From: Macrostomum hystrix | Lineage: Eukaryota > Animalia > Platyhelminthes | Direction of reading: 5' to 3' | Assembly (NCBI GenBank): GCA_950097015.1 | Contig: CATNEN010000038.1 | Coordinates: 26,040,001 to 26,104,000 of the forward strand | Length of the DNA stretch: 64,000 bases | Shown here: positions 52,433-64,000 of the stretch, in pieces | Position numbering within the stretch: position 1 is the first letter of the stretch | How the letters are laid out: every line of letters starts with the position of its first letter | The notes under the pieces: generated by a model | Databases searched by the model: none | Told to the model about the DNA's origin: nothing | The model's input: the letters and a program-made list of their open reading frames with translations, nothing else | Program-made: the position numbers and the translations under genes

Positions 52433-54310
52433 ATGGCCGATCAACTATCGCTTCAATCTTTCGGCGATGCATCCGATGCAAAGAAAAGCACAAAGCATGG
52501 CCACAATTCTCGAGACAAGTTGAAACCAACGGTAAATCCATTGGAAAGTTTTTATTCGAGCAGATGGGACGCATTTGAAAGGCTGCTCGATAGTCTGAAA
52601 TCTGTTTGCGAGGCGCGAGACATGCTGTTACCAGACTTTGCGGTTGAAGCGGCCTCACTTCGCTACGGAAGTGAACAGTCTCTAATTGACATTAATGTGA
52701 GAAGGAAGATAACCAAGGATTTATCATTGACACCTTTAGTTGAAGTGCTAATTAGCCGAAGAAGCAAATTCATTCGGTCAGCTCTGAAGTTTATAATCGG
52801 AAATGACTCAAGTGCTAGAGAAGCGACCGTCTGCCGTGCCAGATTTACACTTTTCCAACTAGTTGACTTCTGTCGCTGCTTTGAAGAACTGGAAGGTCAG
52901 ATTGCTGAGCTATTTCTGCAGCTGGCCGAGGAACAAAATGAATTCTGCGTCAGCTTGCTGAATGTCGAGGTTGCGAAGGAATCGGTAACTCCACTTGAGT
53001 ACGCTTCAGTGTGGAAGTGCTTTCACCTAGCCAGAGCTTTCATAGACACTCGGGGGTACTTGAAGGAGACTGCGGTATCGGAACAGGATGACCGGCTAGT
53101 CATCGACCGCTTCGATCTAACGAGATATCGCTGGCTTACAGGCGAAAGATTCGCGAAGTCTCCGTTTCTTCAGCTGGGCTGCGCAACCGCTCGTGTACTT
53201 GGCGATGAAATTCCGACTGGGCTCGCAAGCTTCTATGATTGTCCAGCCGTTCAGGGTTACCTGGCCAGCATTCAGACGAGCCGATTCATATCAACAAATT
53301 CTGCGTATTACATCATGGCTGCCTACTTGGTTTTCTACCCACTGTACACCGTTACCCTCACTACCAGGCTGTTCACGGGTGGTCACTTCAGTCCGAACTC
53401 AGTGCTGAGGGTGGCCGGGGAAGCAAACAATTCGATATCCTACCTGTCGCAGATGCCGCAGCAGCTATTTAGCTTCCTAATCGGCATGTACTACCTTCGA
53501 GTGTTATGTCAGATACTGTCAATCAACCTGGCAGCCATTTTACTGCTCCTTTCATACTTGGCAAACGGGCGCCTACCAGAACCTTCGCGCCGACGCTGGC
53601 TACCGCTTCATTGGTTGCGTAGCCTGTTGGCCTTTAGTAGTGACATTCGCGAAGGCATGTGTCTGGCGTGCGGCCTGCATCAGACTGTCTCTCTGGTGCT
53701 GGAGTTTGAACTAACTGAGCCTAATTATATCTCCATAGCCGGAGAGCTGCTTGTCGATCCCAAGAAACTAAAGATTTTTTTCACGCTGCATATTTTATTT
53801 CTAATGATGATGATGCTGTTCTTCGTCGATGACCTAGCCTCACACTACAAGGTCTTCTTCTACCTCATTCATAGCCTGCAAGAGTCGATGAAGGTTTTCT
53901 ACATAATCCTGGCTCCGGTAGTTTTTTTGTGCCTAACTCTAATAGTTTGCCATCCATTCTCTCAGGTGAATGGTGAAAGCGTGCTCGAAAAAATTGCCGA
54001 CATGATGGTTGACGCCTGTCGATACTCCTTTAGTCTCGGCGATTTCACTAGCTCTACCAACTATCTGATCTTGTGGGGCCAGCCAGTGGTTTATTTAATG
54101 GTTTCCCTGTTCCTGGTTAACTTTTGCATCGCTTTGCTGACTCAACGAATCTCTCTAATGTGCGAGCGAACCGAACTTCGTCAGCTGATGCGAGCTGTCG
54201 ATTTGCACCATCAGGGATCGTTGGCTGTGCAGCATTTACTGAAATGCTTGTCGTTCAACGAAACAAAGAAACTGATTGTGGAGAATGTGCGACTCAGGTG
54301 CCTTGCCTAA
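52433..54310 (+). CDS. Intronless multi-pass membrane protein, divergent TRP (TRPV-like) channel, ~625 aa
   Basis: Long ORF with several hydrophobic segments; pore-like ACRYSFSLGDF (cf. TRPV LFKFTIGMGDL) and S6-like LFLVNFCIALLTQRI (cf. LLLNMLIALMGETV). A CAG acceptor at 52415-52417 could add an upstream exon. Confidence 0.65.
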   Translation: MADQLSLQSFGDASDAKKSTKHGHNSRDKLKPTVNPLESFYSSRWDAFERLLDSLKSVCEARDMLLPDFAVEAASLRYGSEQSLIDINVRRKITKDLSLTPLVEVLISRRSKFIRSALKFIIGNDSSAREATVCRARFTLFQLVDFCRCFEELEGQIAELFLQLAEEQNEFCVSLLNVEVAKESVTPLEYASVWKCFHLARAFIDTRGYLKETAVSEQDDRLVIDRFDLTRYRWLTGERFAKSPFLQLGCATARVLGDEIPTGLASFYDCPAVQGYLASIQTSRFISTNSAYYIMAAYLVFYPLYTVTLTTRLFTGGHFSPNSVLRVAGEANNSISYLSQMPQQLFSFLIGMYYLRVLCQILSINLAAILLLLSYLANGRLPEPSRRRWLPLHWLRSLLAFSSDIREGMCLACGLHQTVSLVLEFELTEPNYISIAGELLVDPKKLKIFFTLHILFLMMMMLFFVDDLASHYKVFFYLIHSLQESMKVFYIILAPVVFLCLTLIVCHPFSQVNGESVLEKIADMMVDACRYSFSLGDFTSSTNYLILWGQPVVYLMVSLFLVNFCIALLTQRISLMCERTELRQLMRAVDLHHQGSLAVQHLLKCLSFNETKKLIVENVRLRCLA

Positions 54311-54312
54311 AC

Positions 54313-54564
54313 CTGCAAGCATAGGACCAATCCGTGAGCCGCTACACGACATGCTGCTGCTCAAGCTGCAGGGACCGCGTAGGCGAGGCCAAGGGCGAAC
54401 GGCATGATTTCCTGACCGGCTTCTGAGAGATGCTGGCGACCCGGACCAAGCTAGCGGATGTGACTTTTTTAGGTCGTTGGCCCAGAGACGCGCTCTCTGA
54501 CTTCTTCCCCCCTTCTAGCCGCTGCGTGGCTGGCAGGAGCGGTCCTTTGTTGTTGTTGTTGTTG
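54313..54564 (+). mobile_element. 3'-terminal fragment of a LINE related to the 13865-16110 element, (TTG)n tail, 5-bp TSD
   Basis: Translates EPLHDMLLLKLQGPRRRGQGRTA*FPDRLLRDAGDPDQASGCDFFRSLAQRRAL*, colinear with QPAQDVLLLTLQGPFRRGQARTRRYVDCLLSDARAPDTASGADHVRSLALRRII*. TAAAC at 54308-54312 and 54565-54569. Confidence 0.9.
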
Positions 54565-54982
54565 TAAACTGCTATCAGACTCACCAGAAGAGACAAGTGT
54601 GATACCTCTATAGATGTGATATCCAGTGTGATGGCACTTCTTTGTTCAGAAATTAACAGTGTTTTTACTGCACGACATTGAGAGTTCTCTACGAGGTTTT
54701 TTATTATAGAATTGTAGACTGTACGATGTTTCACTTATCTCACCTCACCTTGCTTATTCAGAAACTCAACAAAGAAAAAAAATCAAGAGATATAAATGAA
54801 AATCACGTGTATTGTGACTTTTAACAAAATCTGGTCATCAGACAACTTATTTTATATCGATTTTTTATAAAGTTTTGAACAGAAAGAGAAAAAAACAGAC
54901 AGAACTTAAAGCAGTGTCTCCGATATTTTAGAAATCCTAAATCCTATTAATCTTATTGCAATTGAGTTTTAGTCTCTCACAA

Positions 54983-55759
54983 TCAACTAAACACTGCAGC
55001 AGGCAGCAGCCGTTTTACATTGAGTGAATTCTCAACAAGATATTTTATATTATCCTTGAAGTCAGACTTAATCTTTTGTGTGAGGAACTTAATCTCTGAC
55101 TGAGTCATATGACTTGCCACGGGCCTAAATAGCCAGCGCTCGAAGATAAGCACGTTTCTCACTTTTACGTTGATTTGGCTAATCTCTTCGACTTTGTACT
55201 TTGTCATCTCCATTTTTTCTGAACTGACCTTGTACATCATATCAATTAACACGTCTATATATTGTGCTTTGGCTATGAATATTGGGTGGTAAATGCGGTC
55301 CCTCATTGTCACATCGCTTTCGAAGGTCATCGAGACTGGGCCAATGCGAAGCGGAGACGTGATCTAAATTAATAGGTAGATCGTAGTTTTGCTTAGTTGC
55401 CTAAATGGCTAAAATCAATAACTGGTAAGCCTTTGTATAGTATTTAAAATTGAAGAAATCAGCAGCAGCTTAATCCTAACCTGAACATTGTCCTCCCGAA
55501 TATCTAATCCGATTTCGCCGTGACGCTTAGCACTGGACAGGCCCTTGCAGACGCCGTTTTTTAATTCTGCCACACCTGGATAGGTCTTGCCGCACAAATG
55601 CAATTGAAATTCCACGCTTCGGTCGGGCAGCTTGAGTGGATCTTGATTTGCGAGCTTTAGCCTGGGCCCCAGCGACTTCAATAGGTCGTCTATCATATCA
55701 TTTACATTGTCTCTGATCTGCTTCATTGGTATATTGCGAATCGACGTTGATTCTTTCAT
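54983..55759 (-). CDS. Der p 7/group-7-allergen-like (TULIP) lipid-binding protein, 219 aa; exons 55759-55481, 55363-54983
   Basis: Phase-0 GT-AG junction. NDMIDDLL..DPLKLPD..AELKNGVCKGLSSAKRHGE is typical of Grp7/JHBP-like N-termini, followed by amphipathic strands and a C-terminal helix. Confidence 0.65.
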
Positions 55760-55846
55760 TTTACTGGGAACTGAATTGATTATACTCCGAAGTCTATTCT
55801 TGTCTTTTTGACTTTAAAGGTCAGGCTGGCTCAAAGCGATTGTTAG

Positions 55847-57270
55847 GACTCTTGAACGCCAATGAGTGCGTCATTGGCAAAAGCACGAGTGCGAGAAGCG
55901 CACGAGTGATTTGTGCCATAGACGCACGAGTTGGCGTTTAATAGTCTCATTCTTAATTGATTCTACCATTCTACATTCTGCCCAAAAAATGGGGTTCTAG
56001 CGGGGGTGCGGGGCAGAGCCCCGGGGGCGAAGCCCCCACTATCTAATAACCATAGACTATAGAGAAGAACATAATTTAACCATAGACAATATCAATCCTG
56101 CACGCTCGATATGGTGAGGGAACGGGTTGAGGGAAGAGGTTATATAAAAAAGAAGAAAAAGTTATATAAAAAACACTGGTTGGAGTCCGATCTGGATTTT
56201 TTCGCTATCTTATGAAGTTGCGAGCGATTGACCTCATAAATGATAAAGCATTTCATTTAAGAGTCAAACCGACTCTTAAGTTGAAGTCACTGAGGCAAGT
56301 GACCCAGTTGACGTTATCAATGATCCGACGTCGGGCACGGTGCGCTATGAGACATTGAATTTATATTTGAGTAGCGCCTGATGGCAAGCGAAGAACTAGT
56401 AATAATACATGTACAACTACATTTTCACCCGTTGTTTTGCTTGTTGTCTAAAAATACATTTCGATCCTGCGCCTATTATGCATTAGACCTAGAGGCGACT
56501 TTGCCATAGACTTTGCAATTTTGCACGCTTGAGAATCAAATAAGAATGTATCATTAGAGGTATACAATCGAGACTGATTATGGCACACTTCGAGCATCTT
56601 GACACAGAGATTTTACCACAGATATTTTGAGCGTGCACCAATGATATAGTAATAAACGGCTATGAGTGCTGCAATGATATAGTAATAAACGGCTATGAGT
56701 GCTGCAATGTTTTTAACCGAGGGCGCGTAGCGCCCGAGGTTTAAAACTTTGCAGTACGAATAGCCGTTTATCACTGGCATTGTATACTTTTGGACCACAG
56801 ACAGTTGGGGCGTGCAACAATCAGTCTCACGGAGCGGATATAGCCAGCGGTCTCGCGGGGCGTGCAGCAATCGATTATTTTGTCGATTGGTGCACGCCCG
56901 AAATGTCTATGGTCCAAAAGTAGACCGCCTGACTTAGGGCAGCAAGAGAACTCAGTTTGGGGAAGGCTGTAAGACAGCGAGACGAGCCGTGGCATTACCG
57001 GGCTGCCTAGAACCATATGTCCAAGAACGGCACCGTCAGTCGACGCGTCTAACTGTGCGAAGTAACTATACCCCGAAGTAACTATACCTGTGAGATTATC
57101 GTTATTTTGTCGATTGGTGCACGCCCGAAATGTCTATGGTCCGAAAGTAGACCGCCTGACTTAGGACTGTGGCTTCAGACCCCGCATAGTGTGGGCGAAA
57201 TAATCCGATACAGTAATACAGTAATGAATGGCTATTCGATCACTCGTAGCCTCATTAATTCATTACTTAT
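55847..57270. mobile_element. Non-coding hairpin-rich element(s), possibly non-autonomous Crypton/Helitron-type
   Basis: Imperfect palindromes at 55847-55946 and 56681-56775, short GC hairpins at 56010-56037, repeated CCATAGAC/GTCTATGG motifs, and an internal ~65-bp direct repeat (56873-56938, 57100-57165). Boundaries uncertain. Confidence 0.5.
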
Positions 57271-58317
57271 GCATTGTATCGGCTTTCCGTTGGTGACCCA
57301 GGGGCATAGACAATTGACAACTGAAATACTCTTATGCAAAACAGAAATTAAAAACAACCTAATTGTTTCTTTGCACTATTTTTAGTGTTAATGTTATTAT
57401 TGCAGCTGACTGATATCGCAGTTAAAGTACTTTTATATATGGATAAGATAAATGTAAACACGTATACATTGACAATGCTATACAAATGACAGTATAAAAT
57501 GGAAGACTCGAAAAGACTCGGAAAGGCAGATAAAAATCTGGTGATCTACTCACTAGTAATTCATATTTGGAAACTATTAATATCTCATGTTCTTAAAAAC
57601 TTTGCATGAATATTAATTCATGCAAACTTAATTATCACCATCAATATACCAAGAACCACGAGAAAAAGTAGGACGGAGCTCTTCGTTTCTTGAGAAACTT
57701 GTGAAAGGCATATTTTCAGAACTCTGAGCTGAGCGACCAGCAAACAGCGGTTAAAGGGCATTACAGTCTGAGCCTCCGCTAAAAACTTAATATGAGCTAG
57801 ATCGCTGGCTACTTCATCAATGTAGCTCGTATACTCCTTCAATGATCAGATATTGGGCGGTAGATTGTTGGAAGAAATTCATTCGTGAAAAAATGAAGCA
57901 CCTGACTTGTATAAACTTGACCGAGGCGAATTTTAGAACTGTGAGAAACCTAATCGCCGCTTTTTCCTGTAGGTTTGGAGAAGACAATTCATTCCTGTAA
58001 ATGAAGGAATAAAAAGTAAGCCACCATTCTAAAATACTATGATGCGTTGTCACGTCTTATAAAAACTTTAGGACCTTTATTTAACGAACTGAAATACAAG
58101 CTGCTTTTTTGTTTGCACGAGATGTATTGGATTTTATTTTAGTTATATACTTGTAAAATGAGTATAAAATGGCTTTCGAATTCAACACATGCATTACCTA
58201 AGGACGAGCTGTGTGTTAGCTGTTTGCTTTTAACAAATTCCCTGCTTAATTTCTTCATTAGAAATCGGTAAGCGACATGCAAAAGGTTTCATTTATTGAT
58301 TTATTGATTGCATAAAA

Positions 58318-58590
58318 AAATAATAGCTGGAGGGCTGCGGGCAATGGCACATCAATTAGTGACACAAGACCAGCAGCCAGCGATGAGGCAATTCTGCCCA
58401 TTTCGCTGACTCCTGCTCTGCTCTGACTTTCTCATCTTCAGGCAGTGCAAACTTTCACTGTGCCTTGGAGGTTGGCTCTCAGCCCCCAAGCCTTCTCTCC
58501 GCGGCTAAATTATGTGGCCTCGCCGCGGAATCGAGCTCAGGGACCTTGGTGCTTGAGGCAAATGCGTTAAGCGCCCTGCCACTGACCCCC
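58318..58590 (-). mobile_element. SINE family A copy with internal deletions
   Basis: Head GGGGGTCAGTGGCAGGGCGCTTAACGCATTTGCC..GAGCTCGATTCCGCGGCGAGGCC and the family 3' hairpin. Confidence 0.85.
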
Positions 58591-58612
58591 TAATTTGATT
58601 GCATCGACAGAC

Positions 58613-59620
58613 ATGCCATTCAGGCTGCTAATTTGCTTGATTTTCAATGGCGCTACATTCATCGCTTGGTCACTCGCCTGTTTGGTCGAAGTCGCGGCAG
58701 CGCCAGATCGATGTCCGTCACCGTTTCGAGACGAATCCGGCGATGGGCACAGACCCCCAATTTGCTTGCTCTTTTCTAGCGCTGACAGCCAAGCTGACTT
58801 TTGTTCAGCGGAGTCTCACTGCAACAACATCACCCCAGGAGCTCGCCTGCTGGCTGACTGGCCAATTGTTGAATCGCTGCTCGTCAGACGCACTTTGGGT
58901 TCCACAGGCGGTTCTGTCAACTCTTTTTGGCTGGGTGCTAGTAACTTGCTAGCCGGTGCTTGGACACTAACCAATGGTCTCAAACTGCCCAGAGACAACT
59001 CTACTGCAGCTATTCTGTCAACTGTGGGCGATGGGGGCAGTGTTAATATCAGCATCGCTCGATGCGTTCTGATCGAAGACTACTCTACCACACCTCCCCG
59101 GCCGGAGAGAGTCTGGCGATTGTCTGTCAGCGAGTGTCGGGAACGAAGACGCTTTCTCTGTCATTATGCAACAGCAGAGGACGAAGCATCTGGGAAAACC
59201 GCTTCAAGGGTAGATCGTTTTTTTAGAATTTTTTTAGATTATGATGTCAGGCTTTTAAATGTAGTCCTTTGTCCACAGTGCGTTATAAATATCCCCTGAA
59301 TCCATAGTATCATCCCAAAACTTGTGTTGCAGAGACAACATTTTTCCGGTGTCATGGTTCTGACGCCCATCTCTAGGCTTATAACTCGAGAGCAGGACTA
59401 CTACTGCTTTAGTGACTATTTTGCTGCAAAGGTGAAGAGTAGCCATCGCCGTGACATCATAAACTGCGCGAGCCTCTGCAACAGAATTGAAAGATGCGTT
59501 GCATGTATGTTTAATGCTAAACGCGGTAAATTCAGGTTGCTGATCTACACTGATGCTACAGTCGGGCTTGAGCTGGGTGACCCGAGCGAGACCTGGCTTA
59601 AGTATTTAAAGAAAAGTTAA
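58613..59620 (+). CDS. Secreted C-type lectin-like domain + PAN/apple-like domain protein; exons 58613-59209, 59333-59620
   Basis: Hydrophobic N-terminus; CTLD pattern CPSPF..CLLF..AESHC..GARL..FWLG..C..W..C..FLC; apple-like CASLC..CVACMFN; phase-0 junction. Confidence 0.75.
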
Positions 59621-61399
59621 TTATCTGAACTTCTCAAGCAGTTTCTGCTTCAGACTAACGAGCTTCTACGAAATATATAAGAAAATTGCAACTTAGACTG
59701 AAAAGTGCAGCTTCACGTGTCTGTGCATAATTTTTTGCTTAGTAAGGCACGACGCACACGCAAACAGAAACAGAAATTGAAACAGTATAATTGTTCCTTT
59801 AAAAAGTGAATAAAATCTTAAAATAAAATATATTGCGCGTATTACAGTTCCGTAAACAGATTTTACGACTTCAATGAACGTAGGACGTTTCATTTTCATT
59901 CTTGGCTGTTAAAAAACTGGGACTTCTTATTATTTCTTTGCTGTAGATATAAAAAATTCAAATATTTTGATATGGCGCCAACTGTATTATCGATTTCCGA
60001 TCTTCACGCAGAATATTTTATTCTACTGGACCTAAAAATAAAAATAACTATAGCATAATACGCACTTTTAAGCTAATTGAATTCTAACATTATACGACCT
60101 TTTAACATGATGTAGACCGTTTGTTTAACTAGGTTACATTTTGTGCGCGATAATTAATAAGTTGTTTTTATTCACTGTCGGAAATTTATGACTTTCAGCA
60201 ACAACCACGCAAAAGGTTCAAAGAATATCTGATAAATAGTAATAAACATATCACAAATAAAATAATGTTTGATATTTTTGCCAGCACGCACTTAATCCAA
60301 TTATGGATCATTTTTGTTGACTTAGACATATAAACGGTAGTGTATGCCATGTAGTCATGTCAAGCAACTATCTATAGACTATATCTAATATCGTGTCGTG
60401 ACAGTTATTCCCTAGGACTCTTAAACGTGACCATGTAGAATTTTACTTTTTAGTTATGCTTGTTTTTTGTTTGAAATCTTAACTTCTTGCGAAGCAAAAA
60501 ATATTTTTAATTATTGTAAGTAATTCCACTTTGTCCTACTTTTCAGCATTCCAAATGTACATTTATACATAGATCCAACAAATACAATGTATTTATATAT
60601 GTTGGTGGCCCACTGTGCACCAAGTTTCAGCATTTTAGGTACAATGACTGCTATAGTGTTGTACAATCCAAAGTAATTATTTAAATGTCAACTTAGCAAA
60701 AATAGATATAATCTACTTTTGTCAGAATTCAACTTATATGACATAAATTTATTACTAATTTTAATTTCCAATAATTATTTTCTCTTTAATATTAGTGAAA
60801 AGTATTATCTTAGCATAAATAGTTATTATACTATTCTTAGCAATATATATTTCCTCATTGAAGAGACAAAAAATAAATTTAAATTTTTATGCATTATGAC
60901 AAAATGCTCAATACTGCCAAAAATGCATTTATTATATATATATTTGTCAAATATAATTTCTATTGTGGCTAAAGCTATGATAATAAACAAAACAGACAAT
61001 ATTAACTATTTACCTAATGCTTGTTAGATAAAGTTTTAAAGTAGTTTGACGAATGATACACATTTCTAGCAAAATGTCTCAGTTGAAGCAAATTATATGC
61101 CCAAACCAACGCATAGCCCAATTTTTATTAAAATTTAAATCTGCAAACTAGAGATTTTATAAAAACGAAGGGAGTTGCTGAGTTAATTACATTTGGTTCT
61201 TTTTTATAATTAATATATATTTTTCAATTTGGTGCCTAAATATTTAAATACCCCTTTTGTTGAATTCAATGCTTTAATTTTTTATGTCTTTTTTCTTTGT
61301 TAACTGCTTAATTTCTATGATTAGGCAGCAGTAGAGGCTATATGCTAAGCAGTAAATAATGTATCTCTCCTAATAGCTGACTATATTATCTTCTTTTAT

Positions 61400-61630
61400 A
61401 AATAAATTTGCTGTAGGGCAGTGGGCATTGGCACATAATTTGGTGACAACCCACTGTTGGCAAGCAGGCTATTCTGCCCATTTCGCTGACTCATGAGCAC
61501 ACACACACACACACACACAGGTGTGTACATCTGCCTTGACTTCCTCATCGTCAGGCAGTGTACACTTCATTGTGCCTTGGAGGTTGGCCCTCAATGATGT
61601 AAATTGCACTACAAGCCCCAAAGCCTTCTC
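61400..61630 (-). mobile_element. SINE family A, 5'-truncated, with (CA)n expansion
   Basis: TTCTGCCCATTTCGCTGACTC..CTCATCGTCAGGCAGTGTACAC..CCTTGGAGGTTGGCCCTC. Confidence 0.8.
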
Positions 61631-61796
61631 TTTGTAACTCTCTTTGTAACCGACTCCTCAAGTAAAGGTAAAGTACATCGCAATTATTATTCAAAATGTG
61701 GATTTTTTGCTTTGTTTCTAAATAACTATTAAATATAAACAGTTAGGGTACACAAATTATTTGCCCTGAATTTACAGCTTATCACTTCACTTCAAC

Positions 61797-63605
<1,809 letters not shown>

Positions 63606-63759
63606 CCTTAAACTTTTGCATAGGCAGGCTGTGAGAAATGTCGAAAATATTGTCTGACTCAACTCGAAGACTTAAGTGTGACATTTCAGTGTGAAGGTGC
63701 AGTGACACTTTTTACACTGCTTGACGATGAGAAATGCAGGGCAGGTGTACACCGATTGC

Positions 63760-64000
63760 TGGTAAATTATCCCTGATTTGGTCAACTCCCTTTAGCTTGT
63801 AAATTATCCTTAATTTTAACACCTTCCTATAACTGATAAATTATCCCTATGACTGGTAAATTATCGCTATGACTGGTAAATTATCGCAATGACTGGTAAA
63901 GTATCACTATGGCTGGTAAAGTATCCCTATGACTGGTAAATTATCCCTATGACCGGTAAATCATATCTATGGCTGGTAAATTATCCCTATGACTGGTAAA
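63760..64000. repeat. 20-bp tandem repeat (GACTGGTAAATTATCCCTAT)n, truncated by window end
   Basis: Directly visible. Confidence 0.92.

Noticed and set aside
57618-58053. Short ORFs, one ending in a hydrophobic tail
   Set aside because: No ATG start or convincing exon structure or homology; cannot be supported.
60719-61027. 102-aa ORF in very AT-rich DNA
   Set aside because: I/N/L/Y-rich compositional artefact with a non-ATG start.

Overview
Animal (metazoan) genomic DNA with GT-AG introns; no prokaryotic features and no CRISPR. The style (GC-rich exons, AT-rich introns, many 17-24 bp minisatellites) would fit a flatworm such as Macrostomum, but that is only an inference. Genes were reconstructed by hand with phase-consistent splice sites: an otopetrin (+, 5' end missing), a divergent DEG/ENaC channel (-), an Msx-like (Msxlx-type) homeobox gene (-), a secreted ~1000-aa M60-like/TCAF-type metallopeptidase (+), phospholipase C-gamma (-, ~15 exons), a signal-peptide protein with a probable ubiquitin-like domain (-), an intronless TRP(V)-like channel ORF (+), a Der p 7/Grp7-like lipid-binding protein (-), a C-type lectin + PAN/apple protein (+) and the first two exons of GOLPH3 (+). 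Roughly a fifth of the window is tandem repeat, mostly one 22/21-bp satellite. That satellite holds a 5'-truncated LINE with an unbroken ORF and a 9-bp target-site duplication (TSD). A related LINE 3' end sits at the stop codon of the TRP-like ORF. Also present: two tRNA-derived SINE families, a TTAA-flanked MITE family that carries minisatellites, and a non-coding element with long hairpins containing G-A mismatches. Best candidates for novelty are the glycosylated secretory ubiquitin-like protein, the secreted M60 peptidase, the motif-altered ion channels and the hairpin element.
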